64,000 nucleotides of DNA from Minwuia thermotolerans (GTDB lineage Bacteria; Pseudomonadota; Alphaproteobacteria; Minwuiales; Minwuiaceae). This document shows, piece after piece, positions 48,671 through 58,157 of the stretch. Within the stretch, counting starts at the first letter, position 1. Each line of letters opens with the position of its first letter. The stretch is taken from the NCBI GenBank assembly GCA_021604565.1, contig BQJF01000012.1, forward strand, positions 6,429 to 70,428, read 5' to 3'. The notes beneath the pieces were generated by a model. That model saw only the letters and a list, made by a program, of their open reading frames with translations. It did not search any database and was not told the origin of the DNA. Made by a program: the position numbers and the translations under genes.

Positions 48671-51114
48671 CAGGCCACGGCCTCCAGATCAGGGGTTGCG
48701 AGGGGAGAGAACTCGTGGGCATCACGGCCGGCGGCGCGTTCCGACCAGGGATCGGTCTGGGCGAACTGCTGGGCGAAGTTGAAACGATCGACCAGAGCCA
48801 TGCGGTTGTCCGCGTCACCAACGATGGCTTCCTGCACATGTTCCATGCCGACGCGCGCCAGCCACTTGTGCATCCGGTCGAGGTAGTGCGCTTCCTCCCG
48901 ATAGAGCTGCAGCAGGGCGATGCAGTATTCCATCACCTGCTCCTCCGTCTCGACCTTGCAGAGCGGGACGGTTTCCTTCACCTCCATCCCCGCAGCGCCG
49001 GCGAACAGCAGTTCGTAGCCACTGTCGACGCAGATGACACCGAAGTCCTTGATGGTCGCTTCGGAGCAGTTTCGCGGACAGCCGGAGACACCCATCTTCA
49101 CCTTGTGCGGTGTCCATGCTCCCCAGAGGAAGCGTTCCATCCGCACCCCCAGCGAGACGGAGGCCTGGGTGCCGAAGCGGCACCATTCACTGCCGACGCA
49201 GGTCTTCACCGTACGCAGCGCCTTGCCATAGGCATGTCCTGAAACCATGCCTGCGGCGTTCAGGTCGGACCAGACAGCGGGCAGGTCATCCTTCTTCACG
49301 CCCAGCAGGTCGATGCGCTGTCCGCCGGTGACCTTGACGGTCGGGATCGCGAACTTGTCCGCCACGTTGGCAATGGCGCGCAGTTCGTCCGGCGTGGTGA
49401 TGCCACCCCACATGCGCGGCACGACGGAATAGGTGCCATCCTTCTGGATGTTGGCGTGAACCCGTTCGTTGATGAAACGGGACTGCTGGTCATCCACGTA
49501 CGCGCCAGGCCATGTGGCCAGCAGGTAATAGTTCAGCGCCGGGCGGCACTTGGCGCAGCCGCAGCTCGTCTTCCATTGCAGTTCCTGCATCACCGCCGGA
49601 ATGGACTTCAGCGCCTTGGCGATGATCAGGCGGCGGACTTCCCCGTGGCCCAGATCGGTACAGCCGCACATGGACTGGACTGCGGCGCGCGCGTAGGACT
49701 CGCCCAGGCTGAGTTCCAGCAACTGTTCCACCAGTCCGGTGCAACTGCCGCAGGACGATGATGCCTTTGTGGTCGCCCGCACCCCGTCCAGATCGCTCTG
49801 ACCCGCAGCAATGGCGTCGACGATGACACTCTTGCAGATGCCGTTGCAGCCACAGATCTCGGCGTCATCCGCCAAGGCTGCAACGGCCGCCATAGGGTCC
49901 AGCGGACCCGCTCCCGCAAAGCCCTGACCGAAGATCAGGGTCTCGCGCATGTCGGAGATGTCGGTGCCATCCTTCATCAACTGGAAGAACCAGGGGCCGT
50001 CTGCCGTGTCGCCATAGAGGACCGCACCGATGATGCGATTGTCCCGCAGGACCAGCCGCTTGTAGATCGCATGGCTGGCGTCGCGCAGCACGATCTCCTC
50101 CCGGTCATCGCCCTCCGCGAAGTCTCCGGCGGAATAGAGATCGACACCCGTCACCTTCAGCTTCGTCGCGGTGATGGAGCCTTCGTAGGCCAGGCTGTCA
50201 TCCCCCGCGAGGCCCGCGCCCACGGACTTCGCCATCTCGTAGAGTGGCGCGACCAGGCCGTAGCAGGTGGCCCTGTGCTCGACACATTCGCCAACGGCAT
50301 AGATCGCAGGGTCGCTGGTCTGCATCAGGTCGTTGACCAGTACCCCGCGATTGACCTCCAGCCCCGCATCCTTCGCCAGCGCAATGCTCGGCTTGATGCC
50401 GACCGCCATGACCACGATGTCCGCCGGAATCTCCGTCCCGTCGTCCAGCCGCACGGCCTCCACCTTCTCCTCACCCACCACCGCATGGGTATTGGCACGG
50501 GTGATGACCCGGATGCCCCGATCCTCGATCGCGCGTTGCAGCAGGTATCCGGCGCTCTGGTCCAGCTGCCGTTCCATCAGGGTGGGCATCAGGTGCAGCA
50601 CGGTCACGTCCATGCCCTGCGCCTTCAGCCCCGCCGCCGCCTCCAGTCCCAGCAGACCACCACCGATGACAACCGCGCTGCCGCCCTTTCGTGCCGCTGA
50701 CAGCATCGCCTCCACGTCTTCCAGATCGCGATAGCTCAGCACGCCGGGCAGATCGTGACCCGGCACCGGAATGATGAAGGGCAGAGAACCCGTGGCGATG
50801 ATCAGCCGGTCATAGTCGGCGACCGTACCGGCGCGGGAAATGACCCGTCGCTCGGCCCGGTTGATGGCAATGACTTCCTCCCCCCGGATCAGGTTGACCC
50901 GGTTCCGGGCGTACCAGTCATCATCGTGGATCAGGATATCCTCATAGGTCTTCTCACCGGAAAGCACCGGGGACAGCATGATCCGGTTGTAGTTGACCCT
51001 GGGCTCGGCGTTGAAGACCGTGACCTCATACCGGTCCGGTTCACGGCGAAACAGTTCCTCCAGGGCACGGCCTGCGGCCATGCCGTTGCCGACAACGACA
51101 AGCTTCTCAGTCAT
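48670..51114 (-). CDS. nirB: NAD(P)H nitrite reductase large subunit
   Basis: VVGNGMAAG, NYNRIMLS, GGGLLGLEAA, CGCNGICK, CGSC, HANIQKDGTYSVVPRMWGG, KTCVGSEWCRFG, SGCPRNC; AGGAGG SD. Confidence 0.96.
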   Translation of the reverse strand: MTEKLVVVGNGMAAGRALEELFRREPDRYEVTVFNAEPRVNYNRIMLSPVLSGEKTYEDILIHDDDWYARNRVNLIRGEEVIAINRAERRVISRAGTVADYDRLIIATGSLPFIIPVPGHDLPGVLSYRDLEDVEAMLSAARKGGSAVVIGGGLLGLEAAAGLKAQGMDVTVLHLMPTLMERQLDQSAGYLLQRAIEDRGIRVITRANTHAVVGEEKVEAVRLDDGTEIPADIVVMAVGIKPSIALAKDAGLEVNRGVLVNDLMQTSDPAIYAVGECVEHRATCYGLVAPLYEMAKSVGAGLAGDDSLAYEGSITATKLKVTGVDLYSAGDFAEGDDREEIVLRDASHAIYKRLVLRDNRIIGAVLYGDTADGPWFFQLMKDGTDISDMRETLIFGQGFAGAGPLDPMAAVAALADDAEICGCNGICKSVIVDAIAAGQSDLDGVRATTKASSSCGSCTGLVEQLLELSLGESYARAAVQSMCGCTDLGHGEVRRLIIAKALKSIPAVMQELQWKTSCGCAKCRPALNYYLLATWPGAYVDDQQSRFINERVHANIQKDGTYSVVPRMWGGITTPDELRAIANVADKFAIPTVKVTGGQRIDLLGVKKDDLPAVWSDLNAAGMVSGHAYGKALRTVKTCVGSEWCRFGTQASVSLGVRMERFLWGAWTPHKVKMGVSGCPRNCSEATIKDFGVICVDSGYELLFAGAAGMEVKETVPLCKVETEEQVMEYCIALLQLYREEAHYLDRMHKWLARVGMEHVQEAIVGDADNRMALVDRFNFAQQFAQTDPWSERAAGRDAHEFSPLATPDLEAVA

Positions 51115-51161
51115 GGCAAGAACCTCCTGCTAAGATGGGGCGCGTCTTCAGGGGCCACATT

Positions 51162-52172
51162 TCAGAAATACCAGGCGACGACGTCGCTCAGGCCGTCAGA
51201 CCCATGGACCGGAAGGGCGACCAGCGACCGGAATCCGGCGCGGGCGGCGGCCCGTTCAAGAATGTCGGTACTGCCGGAGAGGTCAGCGACAACCTCCGGC
51301 ACGCCAGTGGCGGCAACCCGTGTCAGTACACAGTCGCCGTCACGTACAAGCAGCTCCGCGTCGTGACCGCTCGGTGTGCCTTCCAGCTCGCAGACCCCGT
51401 CGCGAAACTTCATCCAGCGACGGTCAAGCACCGACCAGATCTCGAAACGGCGGGCGATCGGTGTGCCCCGTGCCGACAGCAGGGTCAGCACAGTGGTCCC
51501 CGTGGAGTGGCTGGTGACGGGGAAGGCAATTCCGAAGGTCAGACCAGCCTTCTCTGCACTCTCGGAGCGGATGAAACGACGGCTGTTGCCCAGGTCGTGC
51601 ATCAGTTGCGGCCGGCCACTGGCCCATACCTGGCCGGGGAGCCCCATGCCCTTCGGGAAGCGTGTCCGCCTCGAGATCCACTCGAAATGCGCCGCCGTAC
51701 CGAAATAGCCGTCAACCAGGCCCATGGTGTCGCCTGACTCGTCACCCCCATGCCATATCTCGATGGCGCCGACATGTTCCGCGTCGTCCCCGCAGAGGAA
51801 GACGACCACACCCATCAGGTCATCACGGTGGGAAAAGACCGGGATGGCCAGGCCGACTGTCAGCCCCTCCCGTTCCGCCGCATCAGTGCGTCTGAAATAG
51901 CTGCCCCGGAAGCCCTTGAGCATGACCGGCGCGCGAAGTTGCCAGGCGCGGCCCGGCAGACCTTCACCCATACCGAAGCTCTCCTGATCACTGACCTGCG
52001 CGAAGCCGGTCATCGATCCATGAAAGGCCGAGGCCAGGGTGAGCCGGTTGGTGGACGGGTCCAGCGTCCAGACCTCCGTGGCACGCACGAACGCCCTCGC
52101 ACTACCTGCCGGGGCAGGTGCCACCGGGGCCGCATCCGTGCCCTTCAGGCCGGTCACGAACCCGGCGCTCAT
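51162..52172 (-). CDS. Stand-alone protein of three tandem GAF-like repeats, no output domain
   Basis: Internal repeats [18 protein letters not shown] / [18 protein letters not shown] / FEIW..VALPV; ATG overlaps the ATPase stop (ATGA). Confidence 0.75.
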   Translation of the reverse strand: MSAGFVTGLKGTDAAPVAPAPAGSARAFVRATEVWTLDPSTNRLTLASAFHGSMTGFAQVSDQESFGMGEGLPGRAWQLRAPVMLKGFRGSYFRRTDAAEREGLTVGLAIPVFSHRDDLMGVVVFLCGDDAEHVGAIEIWHGGDESGDTMGLVDGYFGTAAHFEWISRRTRFPKGMGLPGQVWASGRPQLMHDLGNSRRFIRSESAEKAGLTFGIAFPVTSHSTGTTVLTLLSARGTPIARRFEIWSVLDRRWMKFRDGVCELEGTPSGHDAELLVRDGDCVLTRVAATGVPEVVADLSGSTDILERAAARAGFRSLVALPVHGSDGLSDVVAWYF

Positions 52173-53902
52173 GCTGCCTCATCCTGCTTCGAGGCGGTTT
52201 CGGCAGGTGCGGCATCCGGCTTCAGCTCCGGCGTCGCGCCATGTTCGTATTCCTCCAGGAAGGACAGCAGCTGCTCGCGATAGAGATAGTAGTCCGGGTG
52301 CTCCAGCAATGCCTTGCGGGTGCGGGGGCGCGGCAGGTCCACCTCCATGATCCGGCCGATGGTGGCGTTCGGACCGTTGGTCATCATCACCACGCGGTCC
52401 GCCAGCAGGATCGCTTCATCCACGTCGTGGGTGACGCAGATCGCGGTGACCTGGGTACGCTTCCAGACATCCATCAGGACCTCCTGAAGCTCCCAGCGGG
52501 TCAGGCTGTCCAGCATCCCGAAGGGCTCATCCAGCAACAGCAGCTTCGGGGACAGTGCAAAGGCCCGCGCAATGCCGACACGCTGCTTCATGCCGTTGGA
52601 GAGGTCCGCCGCCAGCCGGTCCATGGAATCGCCCAGCCCGACCTTCGAAAGGTAGTACTCGACGATGTCGGAGCGCTCCGACGCCGTTGCTCCGGGGAAG
52701 ACCCGGTCCACACCGATCGACACATTCTCCCGCGCCGTCATCCACGGCATCAGGCTGGGGGCCTGAAACACCACCGCGCGTTCCGGACCGGCACCTGCCA
52801 CCTCGCGCCCGTCCAGCACGACACTGCCCGACGATATCTCGTTCAGACCCGCCGTCATCGACAGCACCGTGGACTTGCCACAGCCGGAATGGCCGATCAG
52901 GGAAATGAACTCCCCCTTGCGCATCTTCAGCTCGACGCCATCGACGACGGTCAGCGGCCCCTTCGGTGTCGGATAGACCTTCTTCAGATTGATGAACTCG
53001 AGGAAACGGTCCTCACGCGGGCTCTCTGCGGCCTTCAGATAGGCCTCCGGCGGCAGGTCTTCGGTTCCCTGCTGCGTGATGGGGACGACATTGGGCAATG
53101 TGATGTCGTCTTCGACACTCGCGCCGCGCTCAAGTCCCACCCGCATCAGATACTGCGTGATCTCCGCTCGCAGCCGCTTGAAGTCGGCATCATGGTTCAT
53201 CGCCGTCCGCTCCCTGGGGCGGGCCAGGTCGACCCTGAACTCCGGCCCCAGCGTCGCGTTCGGCCCCGGATTGAGCGGGATGATCCGGTCGGCCAGCAGG
53301 ATCGCCTCATCCACGTCGTTGGTGATCAGCAGGACGGTCTTGCGGTCCTGCTGCCAGATGCGGGTGATCTCGTCCTGCAGATTGGCGCGGGCCAGTGCAT
53401 CCAGCGCTGACAGCGGCTCATCGAGCAGCAGGATCTCAGGGCTCATGGCCAGGGCGCGGGCCACCGCCACGCGCTGACGCATGCCACCGGAAAGCTCGGC
53501 CGGCTTGCGGTCCACGGCATGTGACAGGCCAACCATGTCGATGTAGCGTGCGACCCGCGCGGCACGCTCCGCGCGGCTCTCCGACGAGAACACCGAATCC
53601 ACCGCCAGCGCGACATTGCCTTCGACCGTCAGCCAGGGCATCAGCGAATAGCTCTGGAAAACGACGCCGCGCTCCGGGTCCGGCCCCTTCACCGGCTTGC
53701 CCTTCAGCAGGATCTCGCCGGCATCCGGTTCGATCAGGCCGGCAATGGCGCTGATCAGGGTGGTCTTGCCGGAGCCGGAGAAGCCGACGATGGCGATGAA
53801 CTCGCCCTCCTCCACCGCCAGGTCGATACCGTCCAGGACAACGGACCGGTCAACCCCGACGCCGTAGCCCTTGGTCAGTCCCTTGAGTTCGAGAAATGCC
53901 AT
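52169..53902 (-). CDS. nasD: Nitrate ABC transporter ATP-binding protein with two fused NBDs
   Basis: Two Walker A ([16 protein letters not shown]), LSGGMRQR and [14 protein letters not shown] twice. Confidence 0.9.
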   Translation of the reverse strand: MAFLELKGLTKGYGVGVDRSVVLDGIDLAVEEGEFIAIVGFSGSGKTTLISAIAGLIEPDAGEILLKGKPVKGPDPERGVVFQSYSLMPWLTVEGNVALAVDSVFSSESRAERAARVARYIDMVGLSHAVDRKPAELSGGMRQRVAVARALAMSPEILLLDEPLSALDALARANLQDEITRIWQQDRKTVLLITNDVDEAILLADRIIPLNPGPNATLGPEFRVDLARPRERTAMNHDADFKRLRAEITQYLMRVGLERGASVEDDITLPNVVPITQQGTEDLPPEAYLKAAESPREDRFLEFINLKKVYPTPKGPLTVVDGVELKMRKGEFISLIGHSGCGKSTVLSMTAGLNEISSGSVVLDGREVAGAGPERAVVFQAPSLMPWMTARENVSIGVDRVFPGATASERSDIVEYYLSKVGLGDSMDRLAADLSNGMKQRVGIARAFALSPKLLLLDEPFGMLDSLTRWELQEVLMDVWKRTQVTAICVTHDVDEAILLADRVVMMTNGPNATIGRIMEVDLPRPRTRKALLEHPDYYLYREQLLSFLEEYEHGATPELKPDAAPAETASKQDEAA

Positions 53903-53914
53903 GATCTGTCCCCC

Positions 53915-55000
53915 TCACCGCGTCGCCGAGTGGGTGAACATGGTCTGCAGCGCCAGCATCACGCGATCCAGCAGGAAGCCGATGATGCCGATGGTGAAGA
54001 CCGCGACCAGGATCCTGGCCAGCGAGGAGGAAGAGCCGTTCTGGAACTCGTCCCAGACGAACTTGCCCAGTCCCGGATTCTGCGCCAGCATTTCCGCCGC
54101 AATCAGGACCATCCAGCCGACGCCGAGCGACAGCCGCAGCCCGGTGAAGATCAGCGGCATGGCCGACGGCAGCACCAGCTTCATGATCTGCTTCGACCAG
54201 GAAAGCTGCAGCACCCGACCGACATTCATCAGGTCCTTGTCGATGGAGGCCACGCCATAGGCCGTGTTGATCAGCGTCGGCCAGAGCGAACAGAGCATGA
54301 CGGTGATCGCGGAGACCACGAACGACTTCGGAAACAGGTCGCTGTTGCTGGTGTAGACGGCGGAAACCACCATTGTGACCAGCGGCAGCCAGGCCAGTGG
54401 CGACACCGGCTTGAATATCTGGATCAGCGGATTGACCCCGGCATTCACGGCTCGCGAAAGGCCGCAGACAATGCCCAGCGGCACCGCGACGATGGTTGCC
54501 AGCAGAAAGCCGAAGCCGACCGTGACCAGGCTGGTCCATATCTGGTCGAGATAGGTCGGCGCACCCGTGTAGTCGCGCCACTTGATGCGGTCCTGCCTGC
54601 CCTGTTCGGCAAGCTTCGCGTTCCGCTGCTCCTGCCGCTCCATGAACGCGGCTTCCTTGTCACGCTCGCGCATGTGATCGGCGTAGAGGTTCTCCACCTG
54701 CTCCCACACACCAGCCGGGCCGGGTATGGCGCCGAGCGAGGTGTTCACCAGCGGTGCGGTCTGCGCCCAGACGAACAGGAACAGCAGGATACCCAGAACC
54801 GGCATGCCGAGTCCGCGACCCAGTTCCTTCATCTGATGACCGACCGGATCACCGGCGGCGATCTTCAGCAGGGGTGTGACCCACCCGAGTGCCAGCATGT
54901 TGAGGTAGGTATCTGCCCTGCCGATCCAGGTGAAAAGCCGCTCGGTACGGCGCTGTCTGGCTGCTTCGGCGGTGCTGTCGATGTCACTCACGACGCTCAT
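53915..55000 (-). CDS. nasE: Nitrate ABC transporter permease (NrtB/NasE)
   Basis: PLIQIFKPVSPLAWLP, SLWPTLINTAYGV, GLRLSLGVGWMVLIAAEML, GLGKFVWDEF. Confidence 0.92.
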   Translation of the reverse strand: MSVVSDIDSTAEAARQRRTERLFTWIGRADTYLNMLALGWVTPLLKIAAGDPVGHQMKELGRGLGMPVLGILLFLFVWAQTAPLVNTSLGAIPGPAGVWEQVENLYADHMRERDKEAAFMERQEQRNAKLAEQGRQDRIKWRDYTGAPTYLDQIWTSLVTVGFGFLLATIVAVPLGIVCGLSRAVNAGVNPLIQIFKPVSPLAWLPLVTMVVSAVYTSNSDLFPKSFVVSAITVMLCSLWPTLINTAYGVASIDKDLMNVGRVLQLSWSKQIMKLVLPSAMPLIFTGLRLSLGVGWMVLIAAEMLAQNPGLGKFVWDEFQNGSSSSLARILVAVFTIGIIGFLLDRVMLALQTMFTHSATR

Positions 55001-55040
55001 GGTCTGCCTCTCGGAATGAGGATTTGGTTCCGGGGATCAG

Positions 55041-55067
55041 GGGGAACGCGCCTCCGGCGCGCTCCCC
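55041..55067 (-). other. Intercistronic stem-loop after the binding-protein gene (probable mRNA stabiliser)
   Basis: GGGGAGCGCGCC-GGA-GGCGCGTTCCCC on the minus strand, no U-tract. Confidence 0.5.
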
Positions 55068-55084
55068 GTGCTCAGGTGCCTTGT

Positions 55085-56488
55085 TCAGCCGCCAACCACG
55101 CTGCTGCCCTCGACCTTCTCCGAACCCTTCAGGCCGATCGGAAACTGCTCCAGATAGGCATTGGGGGTGCGGCCATCGAAGGTGATGCCATCGATGAACT
55201 CGGTCTGTGGTGGCTTGAAACCATCGGTGTCCCAGGGGAAGTCCGCTTCCTTCGCCAGGCCTTCGTCCACCAGCATCCTTGCGGCGGCGAGGTAGATGTC
55301 CGGGCGATAGACCTTCGCGGCGACGTCGGTGTACCAGTCATCCGACTTGCCATCGGTGATCTGGCCCCAGCGGCGCATCTGGCTGAGGTACCAGATCGCA
55401 TCCGAGTAGAAGGGATAGGTCGCGAAATAGCGGAAGAAGACGTTGAAGTCGGGGACGTCGCGCTTGTCACCCTTCTCGTACTCGAAGGTGCCGGTCATCG
55501 AGTTGGCGATGACTTCCCGGTCCGCGCCGACATATTCGGAACGGGACAGGATATCCACGGCTTCGGGCCGGTTGGCATTGTTGTTCTCGTCCAGCCACAT
55601 GGCGGCACGGATCAACGCCTTGGTGACCGCCAGGGCCGTATTCGGATATTTCTCCGCGAATCCGGCAGTGATGCCGAAGACCTTCTCCGGATTGTCCTTC
55701 CAGATCTCGTAGTCGGTGATGACCGGAACACCGATCCCCTTGAACACCGCCTGCTGGTTCCATGGCTCGCCGACGCAGTAACCATGGATGGTACCGGCCT
55801 CCAGCGTCGCGGGCATCTGCGGCGGCGGCGTCACGGACAGCAGCACATCGGCCTGGATCTGCCCCGTGATGTTCTCGCCGGAATAGTAGCCGGGATGCAG
55901 GCCACCGGCGGCAAGCCAGTAGCGCAGTTCGTAGTTGTGGGTGGAGACGGGGAAGACCATCCCCATCTTGAAGGCCTTGCCATCGTTGCGGAAACGATCA
56001 ACGACAGGCTTCAGGTAGTCGGCCTTGATCGGATGAACCGGCTTGCCGTCCGCCTGCAGCGGGATGTTCGGCTTCATCTCCGCCCAGACCTCGTTGGAGA
56101 CGGTGATGCCGTTGCCGTTCAGGTCCATGGAGAACGGGGTGATGATATGCGCCTCGGTACCGAACCCGATGGTCGCCGCCAGCGGCTGACCTGCCAGCAT
56201 GTGCGCACCGTCCAGTTCCCCGGTGATGACCCGGTCCAGCAGGACCTTCCAGTTCGCCTGCGGCTCCAGCGAGACAAACAGCCCTTCATCCTCGAAGTAG
56301 CCCTTCTCGTAGGCGATGGCGAGCGGGGCCATGTCGGTCAGCTTGATGAAGCCGAAGGTAAGCTCGTCCTTCTCCACATCCAGCATCTCGGCCTGCGAGA
56401 TACCGGGTACGGCGATGCCTGTGATGGTCGCAGTGGCCAGTGCCACGAACGCACCCTTTCGGATGCGACTGAACAGTGAATGGGTCAC
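55085..56488 (-). CDS. nasF: Nitrate ABC transporter periplasmic binding protein (NrtA/NasF)
   Basis: Signal peptide after GTG 56488 (purine-rich SD), [49 protein letters not shown]. Confidence 0.92.
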   Translation of the reverse strand: MTHSLFSRIRKGAFVALATATITGIAVPGISQAEMLDVEKDELTFGFIKLTDMAPLAIAYEKGYFEDEGLFVSLEPQANWKVLLDRVITGELDGAHMLAGQPLAATIGFGTEAHIITPFSMDLNGNGITVSNEVWAEMKPNIPLQADGKPVHPIKADYLKPVVDRFRNDGKAFKMGMVFPVSTHNYELRYWLAAGGLHPGYYSGENITGQIQADVLLSVTPPPQMPATLEAGTIHGYCVGEPWNQQAVFKGIGVPVITDYEIWKDNPEKVFGITAGFAEKYPNTALAVTKALIRAAMWLDENNNANRPEAVDILSRSEYVGADREVIANSMTGTFEYEKGDKRDVPDFNVFFRYFATYPFYSDAIWYLSQMRRWGQITDGKSDDWYTDVAAKVYRPDIYLAAARMLVDEGLAKEADFPWDTDGFKPPQTEFIDGITFDGRTPNAYLEQFPIGLKGSEKVEGSSVVGG

Positions 56489-56555
56489 GTCCCTCTGTCT
56501 CCCTTCGCCCGGGGTCTGGCGCTGCCACACCCCCGCCCGGCCATCGACCAGGCAC

Positions 56556-56615
56556 AAAAAAAGACCGCCCACCTTTTCCGTCGCCGCAGGATGCGGTTCC
56601 GTCAAGGTGGCGGCC
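56556..56615 (-). terminator. Intrinsic terminator (attenuator) in the nasF leader
   Basis: Minus strand GGCCGCCACCTT...AAGGTGGGCGGTC followed by TTTTTTT, between promoter and start codon. Confidence 0.8.
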
Positions 56616-56626
56616 TTGCCACGGGC

Positions 56627-56670
56627 GACCCGTCAATGGATCGCTATGTCTTGGAACGCCCTCGTTGGCG
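56627..56670 (-). promoter_or_regulatory. ANTAR (NasT) dual-hairpin RNA element
   Basis: CGCC-AACGAG-GGCG and GATCC-ATTGAC-GGGTC; both hexaloops have A1 and G4; lies just upstream of the terminator. Confidence 0.8.
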
Positions 56671-56685
56671 CTCGGCTCTATCTAC

Positions 56686-56700
56686 TCAAGCTCCATGCCA
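56686..56700 (-). promoter_or_regulatory. Sigma-54-type promoter of the nas operon
   Basis: TGGCATGGAGCTTGA: -24 TGGCA intact, -12 TTGA instead of TTGC; AT-rich tract upstream. Confidence 0.6.
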
Positions 56701-56774
56701 GAGCAGGAAACAAAATTTCTTCTTTATTTTCTTATGCTTAGACAAATGATGCAAAATTCATCAGCGTGACTTTC

Positions 56775-56812
56775 CGCTCGATTATTGTGCAATGCGGCAA
56801 AAAATTTGTGCA
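56775..56812. promoter_or_regulatory. Tandem NtrC-like boxes
   Basis: CGCTCGATTATTGTGCA and GGCAAAAAATTTGTGCA vs consensus TGCACC-N5-GGTGCA, about 80-110 bp upstream of the sigma54 motif. Confidence 0.6.
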
Positions 56813-56821
56813 CTTGCCGCG

Positions 56822-58015
56822 TCAGCGAACAATCGGTCGGACTTCACCGAGGTAGCGACGAACGTTGCCCGGATCGAAGTAGCGGCCATCCATCAGCGGG
56901 GCATGATCACGCCCCGCAGCCGCGCCTGGAAACCCGGTGGCATCTTCCAGCAGGTCGGCGCGGTAGACCTCACTCACCATCCGCACGGCCTGTTCGCTGT
57001 AGTCGACCTGCCCCCATCGCATCATCTGGCTGAGCACCCAGGTGGCCGCAGCGGGATCGGGCAGGTTCATCCGCCCGCCGCCGAACCGCAGGAAATCGGG
57101 CGCATGGCGAACCGTCCCGTCAGGATGCACCACCAGATCACCACTCAACGCGCGGCGGAGGATGCGTACGGGCGCACCGACATGTGCCTCATCCGCCAGC
57201 AGTCCGACCAGATCCTCGCGGTTGTCCGGATCCTGGCACCATTCCGCGCCCGCATGCAGCGCCCGCAGCAACCGCCGCAGCAGGTCCGGGTGACGTTCGG
57301 CCCAGACCGTGCGGGCCCCCAGGACCTTTTCCGGCGCGTCGGGCCAGATGTCGTGTTTCAGGGCGACGATCGCAGCCAGGCCCGCATCGACCGCCAGACT
57401 GCCCCAGGGTTCGCCGACACAGAACCCATCGACCTGCCCGGCACGCAGACTGTCCACCATCATTGACGGCGGAATCACGACGATGCGCACATCCCTGTCG
57501 GGATCGATGCCCGACGCCGCCAGCCAGTAGCGCAGTTCGTAGTTGTGACTGGAGAACGGGAAGACCATGGCCAGCACCAGCGGCGGCTTGCCCGCTGTCG
57601 CGCGCTGCCTGATGAGGTCCCGCAGAGCCAGGCCAGCCGTCACGGGGCTCTCCCGCCATCCTTGTGCGGTTTCGTCCAGGCCCGCGAACAGGCATCGGCT
57701 GAGCGCGATGACATTGCCGCCACGCCCGAAGGCAAAGGTCGCAACCGTCGGTACCTTCAGGTGATTGATGCCCAGCGATGCGGCGAGCGGCATCCCCGCC
57801 AGCATCTGCGCGACATCCAGATGGCCGACATTGACGCGGTCGCGAACGCTGGCCCAGGACGGTTGCCGCACCAGGCGAAGATCAATCGCCTCCGCCGCCG
57901 CCAGCCCACGCCGCGCCGCAACGATCAACGGTGCCGCGTCAACCAGCGGCAGGAAACCGGCGCGCACGACTTCATGGCCCTCGCGGCCCCTATCCATGTT
58001 CATGTCGATTTCCAC
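56822..58015 (-). CDS. nasS: Cytoplasmic nitrate sensor NasS
   Basis: NrtA/CmpA-fold motifs [43 protein letters not shown]; no signal peptide; follows nasT; start uncertain (58015/58003/57997). Confidence 0.88.
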   Translation of the reverse strand: MEIDMNMDRGREGHEVVRAGFLPLVDAAPLIVAARRGLAAAEAIDLRLVRQPSWASVRDRVNVGHLDVAQMLAGMPLAASLGINHLKVPTVATFAFGRGGNVIALSRCLFAGLDETAQGWRESPVTAGLALRDLIRQRATAGKPPLVLAMVFPFSSHNYELRYWLAASGIDPDRDVRIVVIPPSMMVDSLRAGQVDGFCVGEPWGSLAVDAGLAAIVALKHDIWPDAPEKVLGARTVWAERHPDLLRRLLRALHAGAEWCQDPDNREDLVGLLADEAHVGAPVRILRRALSGDLVVHPDGTVRHAPDFLRFGGGRMNLPDPAAATWVLSQMMRWGQVDYSEQAVRMVSEVYRADLLEDATGFPGAAAGRDHAPLMDGRYFDPGNVRRYLGEVRPIVR

Positions 58016-58091
58016 GCACGGAGTTCATCGTACCTCTCTCCCGCACAGGGCGACCACCGGCATGGTGCGCCGCCCAGGTAGGTTTCCGTTC

Positions 58092-58135
58092 GCGCTCCGT
58101 TGCGCATACCGTTTCCCGGTCTCGCCATTGAGACC
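58092..58135 (-). promoter_or_regulatory. Second ANTAR dual-hairpin element between nasT and nasS
   Basis: GGTCTC-AATGGC-GAGACC, 12-nt spacer, GCGC-AACGGA-GCGC; both loops A1/G4. Confidence 0.7.
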
Positions 58136-58157
58136 CATCATTCCGGCACTGGCCCGT

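Noticed and set aside
53930-56479. 849-aa plus-strand ORF
   Set aside because: Antisense to nasE/nasF; expected from GC-rich codon bias, no recognisable domain
56822-58015. Second periplasmic nitrate-binding protein
   Set aside because: No signal peptide and paired with an ANTAR regulator, so it is NasS; the shared [10 protein letters not shown] motif reflects known paralogy
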